Below the pieces are notes generated by a model. That model searched no databases and was not told the origin of the DNA. It saw only the letters and a list, made by a program, of their open reading frames with translations. A DNA stretch of 64,000 bases from Candidatus Bathyarchaeota archaeon (lineage in GTDB: Archaea > Thermoproteota > Bathyarchaeia > Bathyarchaeales > Bathycorpusculaceae). Shown here piece after piece: positions 1 to 9,671 of the stretch. The number at the start of each line of letters is the position of its first letter. The stretch's first letter is position 1. The position numbers and the translations under genes are program-made. The stretch is taken from positions 448,001-512,000 of the forward strand of contig CAWHVC010000003.1 of assembly GCA_963832745.1 (NCBI GenBank), in the 5' to 3' direction.

Positions 1-366
1 TTCGGCATCGCATGGCCATGTGCAGGCATCGAAAGCTTCCTAATCTACACTGTTGTGGTGCTGCTGTTTTTGAAGCGTATGCCAATTTCTTGGAAAGCAA
101 AAATCGGTTACTTTGCATTCGGCGCAATAGTCACATATTTCATCAATATCGCAAGAATAATGAACATTTTTTTAATTGGCATGCAGTACGGCGCAGCTTC
201 ACCCGAAGTAGACCTGTTCCATAGCTATTACGGACCACTCTATTCGATAACATGGATAATTATGTATCCGCTTTTGATATTTTTAGTTCAAAACATGTGG
301 CACAGGTACAAAAGCAACAAATTAACCAAAGCATCCGTGCCAAAAAACAATTTGCCAATAAAATAA
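1..366 (+). CDS. Exosortase/archaeosortase family protein, C-terminal part (5' truncated by window edge)
   Basis: Frame 1 is open from base 1: FGIAWPCAGIESFLIY...FINIARI...FHSYYG, giving the Cys-Arg-His catalytic triad in a hydrophobic protein. Confidence 0.8.
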   Translation, partial: FGIAWPCAGIESFLIYTVVVLLFLKRMPISWKAKIGYFAFGAIVTYFINIARIMNIFLIGMQYGAASPEVDLFHSYYGPLYSITWIIMYPLLIFLVQNMWHRYKSNKLTKASVPKNNLPIK

Positions 367-371
367 GCAGA

Positions 372-917
372 TTAAGTTACATCAACTATTACGGCTAAAC
401 CCTGCTTAACAAAGATTTTAGCGTTCTGAACCGGCAAAGAGGCAACGTCTTCAGCAATAAATGGCCCGTAGGCTTTCATGTCGGCGCCCATGATTTGGGG
501 AATATTCTTGAAGAAACGCAGTGTGATACGTTTATGCAGTTCCTGATTTGACTGGCTAGTTTGTCCTTGAAGCAGGCTTCTTGCAAATTTTTGGTAAGCT
601 TCAGTGAAGGGAACAAAGTTTTCAAAGATTTGAGCTTCCTCAAACGCTAACAGTTCAGTGGATAGTTTCTGGGTTTTTGTAGTAAATTTGATTAGTTTTT
701 TGTATCTTGCCCACAGCAGTTCCCCAAGCATACGTTTAACGTTTACGGCTTCCTTTTCAAGCAGAGTTGCTTTAAGAGTCTTGTTTTCCATTAAACGATT
801 CTCTTCTTTTATTTTACGCAGATAACTTGTGATGCGTTCATAAAAGTCACGTGGCAAAGTACCAAGTGTAGGCTCTGTTACTTCATGTTTCCATGCTTGG
901 TATAGTTCGTCGTACAT
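372..917 (-). CDS. GINS complex subunit (Gins51/Gins15-like)
   Basis: Helical A domain plus C-terminal B domain (IPQIMGADMKAYGPF..EDVASLP..NA); directly downstream of priS. Confidence 0.8.
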   Translation of the reverse strand: MYDELYQAWKHEVTEPTLGTLPRDFYERITSYLRKIKEENRLMENKTLKATLLEKEAVNVKRMLGELLWARYKKLIKFTTKTQKLSTELLAFEEAQIFENFVPFTEAYQKFARSLLQGQTSQSNQELHKRITLRFFKNIPQIMGADMKAYGPFIAEDVASLPVQNAKIFVKQGLAVIVDVT

Positions 918-2162
918 TTAATTTGCAACCTCAGCTCTGCCTTTTAGGATAAGCATAACAGCGGCAGCCGTGGACACCTCGACCTTAACGTTTTTGTATG
1001 GTCCCCATGTTTCTCCGCCTAACCTAAACTCAGGTGCGTCAGAGACCAACACTTTAGCTGTGCCCTTTTTAAAAGCTACTGCTTGCGTGAACGGGTCAAA
1101 ATCATCAAGTTGATGCGCTGGAAACTCTATCTTAAGCAAACCGGTTTTGCCGTGCAAGGTGCCGTTCATCCTGATTAACCGGTGAATATCTGTAGTTACA
1201 ACCGTATCAATGTTTGCTGACTCCAAGTTTTTCACCTGCTCAGCCAACTTTAACCATGTTGCCACGCTAACGCCGTCAATATTGTCCCAGTGTCCATCCT
1301 CAATGGCGCGTCGAATGATAAGGTCTTTGTTTTTCAGTAGATTACTGTTTTTTAAGCCTAATTTTTTTAGGTCTTCAGCCGTGGCGTTTGAAAGCAACTT
1401 TTCCATACCCACCTTTAAACGTCGGTTCCAGCCGTAATCATGCAGATTAAACTTTTTTGCCCCAGCCACCCGTTTTTTTCCTCGGGCAGGTTTCTCTTTA
1501 GCATCCTTATCAAGTACTGAGAGACCAAGACCAGTTACGTAATCAACAATTTCTTTTCTTGATAACGCATCAAGCGACCGCACCGCTTCATCCTCCACAT
1601 GCACGTGATAGCCTCGGTGACCAGAAAAATAGACATGCAACTCGTTTGCGGCAAACCCAAAATCCTTCTCCAACATATCAATCAGTTTAGCAGTTTCTAC
1701 ACGGGTTGATTCAAGACATTCGTCACAAGCCCAAATTTTAGTTGAAAATTTGTCGCCACTGCAGATTGGGCATTCTTCGGGTGTTATACCTTTACCGGTA
1801 AACTCACATTTTTGGCATGTCCATTCGTCGTGGATTTTGCCGCATGACGTGGGAATGTGGTCGGCGTCGATGTCGAAGACGAGGTCTGAGCCAGTCCAGC
1901 CTTTTTTGTCCATTTCAAGGTCAGGGTTTTCGTAGTAGGCGCAGGAGTGATAAACGTCTGAGGGCACGTTTCTTGCTAGCACGTTTTGGAAGACTTGTAT
2001 GCTTTCAAATCGTTTGTGGCGGACCATAAAACGTTCTTTAAACATTAGGTAAGCAAATTCGCGTTGTTCAAAATTTGCTGGCGCAGGAATCACCATTGAG
2101 GGGTCATTGTAAAACTCTGTGAATTTGGAGTAAACAAAATCCCTTGAAGACACATGCGTCAC
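918..2162 (-). CDS. priS: DNA primase catalytic (small) subunit
   Basis: REFA, DLVFDIDAD, FSGHRGYH and DIHRLIR motifs of archaeo-eukaryotic primases. Confidence 0.95.
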   Translation of the reverse strand: MTHVSSRDFVYSKFTEFYNDPSMVIPAPANFEQREFAYLMFKERFMVRHKRFESIQVFQNVLARNVPSDVYHSCAYYENPDLEMDKKGWTGSDLVFDIDADHIPTSCGKIHDEWTCQKCEFTGKGITPEECPICSGDKFSTKIWACDECLESTRVETAKLIDMLEKDFGFAANELHVYFSGHRGYHVHVEDEAVRSLDALSRKEIVDYVTGLGLSVLDKDAKEKPARGKKRVAGAKKFNLHDYGWNRRLKVGMEKLLSNATAEDLKKLGLKNSNLLKNKDLIIRRAIEDGHWDNIDGVSVATWLKLAEQVKNLESANIDTVVTTDIHRLIRMNGTLHGKTGLLKIEFPAHQLDDFDPFTQAVAFKKGTAKVLVSDAPEFRLGGETWGPYKNVKVEVSTAAAVMLILKGRAEVAN

Positions 2163-2239
2163 CCTAAACAGATTATATGCCTTGTTTCCCTAATTTAACC
2201 ATTAACCACCCTGCCAAAGCGTTTTCATGATACTTGAGG

Positions 2240-3964
2240 CTAAAGGTGAAGCATTGTTTTAAGATTCTCAAAAATCAAAACAGGATTAAATGATGAGCCA
2301 CCGAAAGAAAGCATAATCACCATGAAAACCAGCCAAATCATTGTTGCACCAAGCTCCTTTTTTTCCTGAGGGACTAAAATGTAAACAAACAAAAATGGCA
2401 GATACCAGTTTTGGATGTAAGGCATCAGGAAACTTGGTAACAACATAAACATGGCTGAAAGAGACAGCAAACTGTTTCGCCTGTACATGTAAGCAGCGTA
2501 AACAAGCGTAACTCCTAAAGTTAACATGACAGCTAAAGTTTGAAGCCACCAGGGAATCTGCGAATGTGAATTAAACGCGTTAATGCCGTTCATTATAAGT
2601 TCAGGCCGAGTTTGCATTAGGTAAGGAGCGCTAAGAACAGCTGTGAAACCACTGGCAACGGCTAAAGCAGCGCCAGCAAGCACAGCTTTATTCCGTATAA
2701 GCCCCGAGAACTTGTTTGCACGGTAAAGTTCAACAAGCGCGTAAATAATTAGGGGCAACAGGAAAATGCCTGCTTGATATTTGAAAATAATCGAAACCCC
2801 AACCAGCAAAATGAAGAAGTCATACCGTTTAGTCAAAAACATGATTAACCCAAAGAGGCTAAACAAGAATGCAACTGCGTCAAACATGCCGTTAGCCGCA
2901 AAAATGACCAATGAAACGTAAATTATGTAAACGCCGATAAGCTTCCAGGGTAAATCGAGAGGTTTCTTCCAGAAATATTTTAAGAAAAAGTACAGGCAAA
3001 CATGTGCTGCTACGATAAATAATGCTATTTCGAGTTTGAAAACTAAAGAGGGGTCAACGCCGTTTTGAAGCATCAACCCAAAAGGCATAAACAGTAAAAT
3101 GCTGCCCAACGGGTACAAATGCGGCATTTCCGGCCAAGTAACAAACTTGAAATATGAACCGTCAGAGCTTGACAGTACACCTAGCGGAGTATCAAAAACC
3201 GCTAAACCCTTGTCTAAAAACAGGGTTGACGTGTAGGAGTGCCTAGCGTGATCAGTGTACCAGCCCTCAAAATCGGCTAACGAATTAGTGTTAACCGCTA
3301 AAAGAGTAAACCAAACCATCAATGAAACCAGAAGTAAAATGATTAAGCGTCTACGTCCAGTTCGACCGATAGATGGCAAAACGTTGGATGAAGGATTTTT
3401 GGTGTTTTGGCTTATCGCTGTTTTCAAGGTGACAAGAATAATTACTGATAAGCTTACGGCAAAAAGCATTTTTGCAGGGCTACCAAGCATGCTCCAAGGG
3501 TATTCAACGGCGGGTTTGTTGATAACCACTGTTAAATGCACATTACCTTGGGTTTGGGGTAAACAGTAAAACACTGCTTCGTAGTAGTCGGCACCTGCAA
3601 GAAAAGAAAAAGTGATGTCTTCTCTGGATTGGTAGGTGAAGTTGATTGCTCGATAAGTTATAATTGAAACATTTTTGACAAAGTCAGGGTCGCCTTGGAC
3701 GTTAACAGTAAGGTTTTCTCCACCATGAAAAGAGCCTAAACCTTGTCGACGCGTCTCTAAAGAGCTTAAATGAAAGTTGCTGTCAAGCAAAACAGAACTC
3801 TGCAACTGACCATTCGGCACCGGATAAATGCTAACGACAGCCAAGGCAACACTTAAAACCAGTAAAGCAGCCAAAACAGCTATAGATACTTTTATTGAAA
3901 CTGCACGCTTCAACAGGTTTGCCCTCAACTTTCCAAGCCACATACAGTAAGCTAAACAATACAA
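2240..3964 (-). CDS. Polytopic membrane protein, probable GT-C type glycosyltransferase (start may be near 3913)
   Basis: Many TM segments, an extracytoplasmic loop with YTDH, and YPLG, FDAV and KYQ motifs reminiscent of lipid-linked-donor transferases; adjacent to a GT2 gene. Confidence 0.5.
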   Translation of the reverse strand: MYCLAYCMWLGKLRANLLKRAVSIKVSIAVLAALLVLSVALAVVSIYPVPNGQLQSSVLLDSNFHLSSLETRRQGLGSFHGGENLTVNVQGDPDFVKNVSIITYRAINFTYQSREDITFSFLAGADYYEAVFYCLPQTQGNVHLTVVINKPAVEYPWSMLGSPAKMLFAVSLSVIILVTLKTAISQNTKNPSSNVLPSIGRTGRRRLIILLLVSLMVWFTLLAVNTNSLADFEGWYTDHARHSYTSTLFLDKGLAVFDTPLGVLSSSDGSYFKFVTWPEMPHLYPLGSILLFMPFGLMLQNGVDPSLVFKLEIALFIVAAHVCLYFFLKYFWKKPLDLPWKLIGVYIIYVSLVIFAANGMFDAVAFLFSLFGLIMFLTKRYDFFILLVGVSIIFKYQAGIFLLPLIIYALVELYRANKFSGLIRNKAVLAGAALAVASGFTAVLSAPYLMQTRPELIMNGINAFNSHSQIPWWLQTLAVMLTLGVTLVYAAYMYRRNSLLSLSAMFMLLPSFLMPYIQNWYLPFLFVYILVPQEKKELGATMIWLVFMVIMLSFGGSSFNPVLIFENLKTMLHL

Positions 3965-3996
3965 AAACCTGGTTAAAGCAGATAAGCCTATCGTGA

Positions 3997-4746
3997 CTAG
4001 GAACGTTTGGGCATAGCAGCTTTAAAAGTGTAAGTTAAGTAGCTTTTAATTTCTGTTAACGTAAGCTTGGATTTGCCGCGTTTACGGTTGACAAACAAAA
4101 TTGGGGTCTCCTTGACCATAAAATCCTTTGAAACTGCCTGCCGGATGGTTTCTATTTGGATTTCATATGTTTGACTGTGCAGGTTGCTTATGGCTTCTTT
4201 AAGAAACGCGGTAGAATAACATCGGAAACCACTTGTGCAATCATGCAAGTTAAGCCCAAGCGAGTTTTGAGCAATAAAATTGGCAACGCGACTAACTATT
4301 TTTCGTGTAAAAGGCCACCCCGCGGTTTTTCCGCCCTTACAGTAACGGCTGCCAATTACCACGCCACAATTGTTTTCCATGCTTGAAAGAAGCTGCGGTA
4401 TAGCTTTTGGGTCATGCGAATAATCTGCATCCATTGTCACGACGTATTTAGGCAAGATTGGCATGGAAAGAAAAATTTTGAATCCATCTGTGATTGCAGT
4501 ACCTAACCCTGTTTTTTTGGGTCTGACGCACAACATTATGTTACTATATTTCTGCTGCATTTGCCTGACAATTTCTGCAGTATGATCGGGGCTTAAATCG
4601 TCGATTACCAAGATTGAAACGTTAAGATTTAGAGCTTCGATGTCTTTTATGAGGTTTGCAATATTTTCTGCTTCACCGTATGTGGGCAAAATCACGCCAA
4701 TCTTTGAAGAAACCTGCATGTTCCCTGACAACTCATAAGTCATCAA
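3997..4746 (-). CDS. GT2 polyprenol-phosphate mannosyltransferase (DPM1-like)
   Basis: ILPTYGEAENI, IDDLSPDHT, MDADYSHDP, GSRY and DCTSGFR motifs. Confidence 0.9.
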   Translation of the reverse strand: MMTYELSGNMQVSSKIGVILPTYGEAENIANLIKDIEALNLNVSILVIDDLSPDHTAEIVRQMQQKYSNIMLCVRPKKTGLGTAITDGFKIFLSMPILPKYVVTMDADYSHDPKAIPQLLSSMENNCGVVIGSRYCKGGKTAGWPFTRKIVSRVANFIAQNSLGLNLHDCTSGFRCYSTAFLKEAISNLHSQTYEIQIETIRQAVSKDFMVKETPILFVNRKRGKSKLTLTEIKSYLTYTFKAAMPKRS

Positions 4747-4823
4747 AAAAATTCACTTCAAAAGTCCACTAAAACTAGAGGAGTGTGACCTAATAAACTT
4801 TTGATATTAAGACGCCTGCTTAG

Positions 4824-5933
4824 CTACTTTTTAGCTGCCTGCTCCTGCGACTGCTCAGGAGGCCTTTCAGATTTTATCTTATAATATTTTAAAGGATGAT
4901 AAATTCGTTTACAGAGTTCATCGCGATTTTTGCAGACATTATGGGTTTGAAGAATTGAACATTGAGGGCAAGTATATTTTGTCCCTGAACCCCGTTCGCC
5001 TGCAATGTGTTCAACTTGATAACGAGTAAGCCGCTCATTATAGTCAGAAAATGATTTGAAAAGTTCTGTTACAGATTCTGGGCTCATACCGATGTTAACC
5101 AGAAAAGCCACAAGCGCAAAACGACCCATGTGTGGTAAATGATGATTCTTTGAAGCCCCATCATAAAGGGCGTTGATACACGGTGGAAAAGCGTCCTGAA
5201 CAACAACTTTCGGAAACTCTGTTTCAGTTTGCCCGATACGTTCAGCGGCAAGAACCTTTAACTTTTCCGCTAAATCAGAAATTTCAGGCGGATATCTGTC
5301 TAAAGTTGAGTTGCTGAGCCGTTTTTCTATACGCCGTTTAACCTCTTCCTGAAGTAAGCGTACAACGTCATGCTTGTTAAGGTAAACGTTACCCTCAGAA
5401 AGGATACTGTTAACTAGTTTCCATTTTTCGTCATGCAAGTGACTAGCGTTCTGCAAGAAATCGGTAAAATATAAAACAAACTCAAACGCGGAGGTACCAT
5501 CGGAAGGAGCCTGAGCGATTTTCCAGCCAAAATCAAGGGCGACTTTGAGGATGTTTTCTTTTGATTCAATAGCTAACTCGCTTGTTGCCTGTTTGGCTTC
5601 GGCTAGCGCGTAACGTTTTTTGATCAAAGAGTTATCGGTTGCGGAAACAAGCATTATTGCAACAGGAAAGGATATTATTTCTTTTTGCAAGTCTTTTATT
5701 ATATACTTGTTTCCCTGCTCATCAGTTAACGGCCTAACAATCAGGTCAGTTATTGCTGAAGTCACCCGTTCCATTGCCCGGTCTAAAATTTGATGCATAC
5801 CAGGGCTGGTTAAATCTTCAATCTGTAAATCTAAAGGAGAAAGATACCTAGCGGTTTCTTTCAAAAAGGGATATTTAGCTAAATCGCTTTTTGTGAAACC
5901 CGCTGGTTCAATCGGCAAATTTCTAGCCATCAT
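4824..5933 (-). CDS. priL: DNA primase large subunit
   Basis: AKYPF N-terminus; FPPCI, H.GRF, YQVEHIAG and C..C...C Fe-S motifs. Confidence 0.93.
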   Translation of the reverse strand: MMARNLPIEPAGFTKSDLAKYPFLKETARYLSPLDLQIEDLTSPGMHQILDRAMERVTSAITDLIVRPLTDEQGNKYIIKDLQKEIISFPVAIMLVSATDNSLIKKRYALAEAKQATSELAIESKENILKVALDFGWKIAQAPSDGTSAFEFVLYFTDFLQNASHLHDEKWKLVNSILSEGNVYLNKHDVVRLLQEEVKRRIEKRLSNSTLDRYPPEISDLAEKLKVLAAERIGQTETEFPKVVVQDAFPPCINALYDGASKNHHLPHMGRFALVAFLVNIGMSPESVTELFKSFSDYNERLTRYQVEHIAGERGSGTKYTCPQCSILQTHNVCKNRDELCKRIYHPLKYYKIKSERPPEQSQEQAAKK

Positions 5934-6688
5934 TATTCTGTTTCTATTCTTGGCGCCAAGAAGAACGTCAATTTACCTTCTTTAGTCTGCTGGAAATCAA
6001 TGCGTACAGGCATGTCACTTGAAAATTCAAGCGTTGCAATGTCTGAAGTAGCTGAAGCTGCCTTGATTATTTCAGAAAGATAACTTAAGCTGAAGGTGGC
6101 TTTGGCGTTTTCTTTAACTTCCAAGTCAAGCAAGGCGTCGCTGCCTTTTTGTAAGGTTATTGTTGCACCCATCAAGTCACCGGTTGCGCTGAGAACTAGT
6201 TTTTCTGGGTCAGCTTCGATTCGCACGTGGTCACTGACTAACTGTGCGTCTTCGATGGCTTGGCTTAAACCGCTAGTGGTGCTTTTTGCTTTAACATTGA
6301 AGCTTATTTTTGGAGTAGGAACCTCTTCTTCAGATGCTTCAAGAGTTGGCATCGTAAAGTTTCTGGCGTATTTGCCCATGATTTTTATTTGCAGACGTCC
6401 AGTTTTGTCATCAAGTGAAAGTTCGACGGATTCGTCGCGGCCTGCACGTTTGAGAAGTTTGAGGAGTTCACTTATGTTTATGCACATTTTTGTTGGTTCA
6501 GTGCACACGTATTCTTCGAAAATGGTTTTTGGCCATTCGAAATCTATCATTGCTACGCGTGATGGGTCCATGGCGCGTAGTTTCAATCCTTCAGTGTCTA
6601 TTTTGAAGGTTGCTTCATCAACTAGTATTGAGATTGCGGTAGCCATATCTCTTAAGAGTTTAGCGTCAGATACTTTGAGCTTAAACAC
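5933..6688 (-). CDS. pcn: DNA polymerase sliding clamp PCNA
   Basis: RAMDPSRVAM and LTFFLAPRIE motifs; GTG start at 6688 after a purine-rich RBS. Confidence 0.96.
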   Translation of the reverse strand: MFKLKVSDAKLLRDMATAISILVDEATFKIDTEGLKLRAMDPSRVAMIDFEWPKTIFEEYVCTEPTKMCINISELLKLLKRAGRDESVELSLDDKTGRLQIKIMGKYARNFTMPTLEASEEEVPTPKISFNVKAKSTTSGLSQAIEDAQLVSDHVRIEADPEKLVLSATGDLMGATITLQKGSDALLDLEVKENAKATFSLSYLSEIIKAASATSDIATLEFSSDMPVRIDFQQTKEGKLTFFLAPRIETE

Positions 6689-6871
6689 GGTTCCTCTTCC
6701 TCGCCTAAATGCATATGTTGTATATTTATATAAGTTATCCTTAATCGCTGACCTTATAGATAAACTTGTTCTAAAACCCCTAAAACAACCCATAAAAGAA
6801 CAAAAATTTTAGAGAATCGCTAAAAAAACCAAAAACGGCAGATTAAAAATGAAAAAAGAGAATTTTTCAGT

Positions 6872-7225
6872 TTAACTGTATTCTCTATAAGTGTAATTGC
6901 ATTTTGTGCAACGCAGAAACTGCGTAGAAGACTCATCTGCCCCGCGTGTTTGCACTTGCCACACGTAAGCTTGATTGTTTCCGCACCTTGGACATTCCAC
7001 CCTAACTGTTGGCAACGTATTTAGTTTCTGTTCTTCCTTGCCTATCACAGCTACAAACTGTTGTGGATTATGCTGAATAACTTTTGCAGGTTTTGGTTCA
7101 AGTGCTGCACCAGTTTCAGGTTTTTTGTATCCGCATTTAGGGCAAGCAAGAACCAAAGAAGCTTCTTTACCAATTTTTGATTTCTTCGGTTCAAGACGAC
7201 TACCGCATTTAGGACAGAATTCCAT
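6872..7225 (-). CDS. tfs: Transcription factor S (RpoM/TFS)
   Basis: MEFCPKCG N-terminal Zn ribbon; QTRGADESSTQFLRCTKC C-terminal ribbon with catalytic DE. Confidence 0.95.
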   Translation of the reverse strand: MEFCPKCGSRLEPKKSKIGKEASLVLACPKCGYKKPETGAALEPKPAKVIQHNPQQFVAVIGKEEQKLNTLPTVRVECPRCGNNQAYVWQVQTRGADESSTQFLRCTKCNYTYREYS

Positions 7226-7292
7226 TTTGGTTCCCTCATCCGTTTTTGATTCCCTTATCTTTATCGCTTTTAAACTTTTTCTAAGTATTCGA

Positions 7293-7874
7293 TTACAAAA
7301 AGCTGATTCCCGAAGCAACTAGATGTGCCACCCTTAACGGTTCAGGAATACTGCTTCTTGTGGAAGTCAAAGCAATAATTTTTTGGGCATCCTCGCAGTA
7401 TAATCCGGCAGTTTGCATAAAAATTTTTTTGCCATTATTTTGTAGAGCAAAAATTTCGCCAGCTTTAAGCAAAGTTTCAAAGCGTACTTCTGAATGGTCA
7501 AGATTGCTTAAGGCTGAACAGATGCTATCCATGTTCGGTTTATCTTTTGTTATAGCAATAACAGGCAAATCGGTTGCCTTGTTAAGCTCGTCAATATCTA
7601 TGACGTTGAAGCCTGCAAACGTTAACCCATTAAGCATTATGACCCGCAGTTGCCTGTAATGCGTGGAAGCCTGAATCATTTTAGCAACGTTTTCTGTAAC
7701 ATCAAAGCCGTCAACCCAAACCTTGGTTGCCATTAAGCCTTCAAACCATAACCCACCTTTGTAAACCACGCCGACTACGGGCACTTGAGTTTTGGAGCGA
7801 AAAAGATGCTTTCCATCATCGACACCTACGACTCGAATCTCAGGCTTAATAGTTCTAAAACGTTTAACAGCCAA
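7293..7874 (-). CDS. DUF99 family (endonuclease V-like) protein
   Basis: VGVDDG, DGFDVT, GLTFAGFNVID and PEPLRVAHL motifs. Confidence 0.85.
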   Translation of the reverse strand: MAVKRFRTIKPEIRVVGVDDGKHLFRSKTQVPVVGVVYKGGLWFEGLMATKVWVDGFDVTENVAKMIQASTHYRQLRVIMLNGLTFAGFNVIDIDELNKATDLPVIAITKDKPNMDSICSALSNLDHSEVRFETLLKAGEIFALQNNGKKIFMQTAGLYCEDAQKIIALTSTRSSIPEPLRVAHLVASGISFL

Positions 7875-7951
7875 AATTCAGCCTCACAAAAACAATAGGG
7901 AAGCTAAACCAATTTAACACTTTATCAAAAATAAAAGAAAACAAGAAAAGT

Positions 7952-8233
7952 TTAAGCTTTTAGGGCTTTTTTGAGTTCTCGGCTGAACTCTTCATTGTCT
8001 GCTATTGCCTTTTTGGCTGCAGCAACTAATGTGTCTTCGGGCTTTAAGTCGCCTTTCATTCTGATGTAAATGATTGGGCTTGAAGCTAAAGGGTGAGGAA
8101 CGTCATAACCTGCTAAATCTACGTTTTCGTCTTGCAAGATTTTTTTCTGAAGCAGATTACATAGGCCATGGTCTGTGCCCTGAATCTCAATTTTTAATTC
8201 GTTACCGTTTTTCTTTAAAACATTAATTTTCAT
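7952..8233 (-). CDS. rpoL: RNA polymerase subunit L (Rpo11)
   Basis: DHGLCNLL...AGYDVPHPL motif; conserved csl4-rpoL-DUF99-tfs order. Confidence 0.93.
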   Translation of the reverse strand: MKINVLKKNGNELKIEIQGTDHGLCNLLQKKILQDENVDLAGYDVPHPLASSPIIYIRMKGDLKPEDTLVAAAKKAIADNEEFSRELKKALKA

Positions 8234-8246
8234 TCTTGGTTACCTC

Positions 8247-8828
8247 TTAGAGTGGTTCTGTTCCATAGTCAATGGCTGTTTTTCGTTTTTCGATGTTACC
8301 GCATTTGGGGCAACGCATTTCATACCGGTCAAGATTTAGAAGGCTACTGCATCTTGAACAGAAACCGTACAGTACACCCAAGTTTTTGTCTTGAGTAGTT
8401 AAATGGTAAATTTGGTTCTTTTCACTGATAACTTTAGCGCGGATGATGTCACCAGGTTTACAGACTTCATTCATCGAATTAATGTAACGGTCGGAAACAT
8501 CAGAGATATGAAGAATGCCGCCGAAAACACCGCTGATTTTTTTGTTACCCACTCTAAAGATTCTGACCAAAACATTGTCTGACTGAGCATTCCCAACTTG
8601 ACCAATAACGGTTGTTCCAGCTTTTGGAGTTACTGCGCCGTTAATTAATGGATAAACTGAAACACGCTTGTTAAGAAGATCCATTAATGCGCGTCCAACA
8701 ATTTTTGAGTAAATAACGCCGTCTTTAACGTATGTTCCTGAATCAGGAATAAACTCTTCAATAACACCTAAGCGTTCGCCCGGTAAAACTAGATGGCCGC
8801 TTTTTTGTTCCGGTGGTTTTAGACTCAT
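8247..8828 (-). CDS. csl4: Exosome RNA-binding subunit Csl4
   Basis: VLPGERLG..EEF, S1 domain (GDIIRAKV), C-terminal CxxC...CPKCG..EKRK. Confidence 0.93.
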   Translation of the reverse strand: MSLKPPEQKSGHLVLPGERLGVIEEFIPDSGTYVKDGVIYSKIVGRALMDLLNKRVSVYPLINGAVTPKAGTTVIGQVGNAQSDNVLVRIFRVGNKKISGVFGGILHISDVSDRYINSMNEVCKPGDIIRAKVISEKNQIYHLTTQDKNLGVLYGFCSRCSSLLNLDRYEMRCPKCGNIEKRKTAIDYGTEPL

Positions 8829-8966
8829 GACAGTTCTCTCTTTAAACTTGTTTTAATAAGCGAAATTATAATCGCGTCTTGCTAAGTAGCATATGCTAAG
8901 ATTCTACGCTACGCAATAAACCTTTTGATTTAGTTCAGAAAATCAAACCTGACATAAAAAATGCCT

Positions 8967-9671
8967 CTATGAACATTTATGCTCTATAACGTAAAGGTCA
9001 ATGATAAAGTCATGATGCTCTTTTGTGTGAAAATCAAACATTTTAGGAATAGTCATAAGTGTAGCGTAAACCGCCCTAACAGCCCCACCGTGTTGCTCAA
9101 TTAAACGTTTCAAAAAAGCGTTTGGCTGAACCTCAACTAAACCATTCCCAGACGTTTTTAACTTGCCAATTAAGCGTTTGTCCACTTCAGGATGATTATG
9201 CAATGAGTAAACCATTTTGCCAGACTCTAAGGCTTTAACAAGAAAGGCGCGGTCAGCATTACGAGTTTGAACCCCAAAAGGCGGATTCTGCAACACCGTA
9301 TCAAAACAGCCTTCAACAGCGGCGATGTCACCGTTAATCCACTGCGTATTAGCTGCCAAGCCAACAGTTTGAGAGTTTTCAACGGCAACCTTCAACGCTG
9401 ACTTATCAACGTCAACGCCCAAAACGTTAGCGGCTCCAAGAAAAGCTGCACCCAAAGCCAATCGGCCAGTACCGCAACCTAAATCCAAGACACGTTTGCC
9501 GACAATATCGTTGTTTGCGTAGGCTGCAATATAAAGCATTGTTGCGGCGATACTCTCTGAAATGGTGTACTGTTCAAGGTCGACTTTGGGTGCGGGGTTA
9601 ACTTTGACGCCTGCTAGGAACCGTTCAAGGTCTAGTTTTCGAATAAGCCTTTTTTGAGCATACTCTCCCAT
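8967..9671 (-). CDS. METTL5-family SAM-dependent RNA methyltransferase
   Basis: LEQY, DLGCGTG and QNPPFG motifs. Confidence 0.88.
   Translation of the reverse strand: MGEYAQKRLIRKLDLERFLAGVKVNPAPKVDLEQYTISESIAATMLYIAAYANNDIVGKRVLDLGCGTGRLALGAAFLGAANVLGVDVDKSALKVAVENSQTVGLAANTQWINGDIAAVEGCFDTVLQNPPFGVQTRNADRAFLVKALESGKMVYSLHNHPEVDKRLIGKLKTSGNGLVEVQPNAFLKRLIEQHGGAVRAVYATLMTIPKMFDFHTKEHHDFIIDLYVIEHKCS

Noticed and set aside
6096-6812. 238-aa plus-strand ORF and the other antisense ORFs within ppsA, srp54, polC and the ATPase
   Set aside because: Shadow ORFs opposite well-conserved genes, with Ser-rich non-protein-like composition
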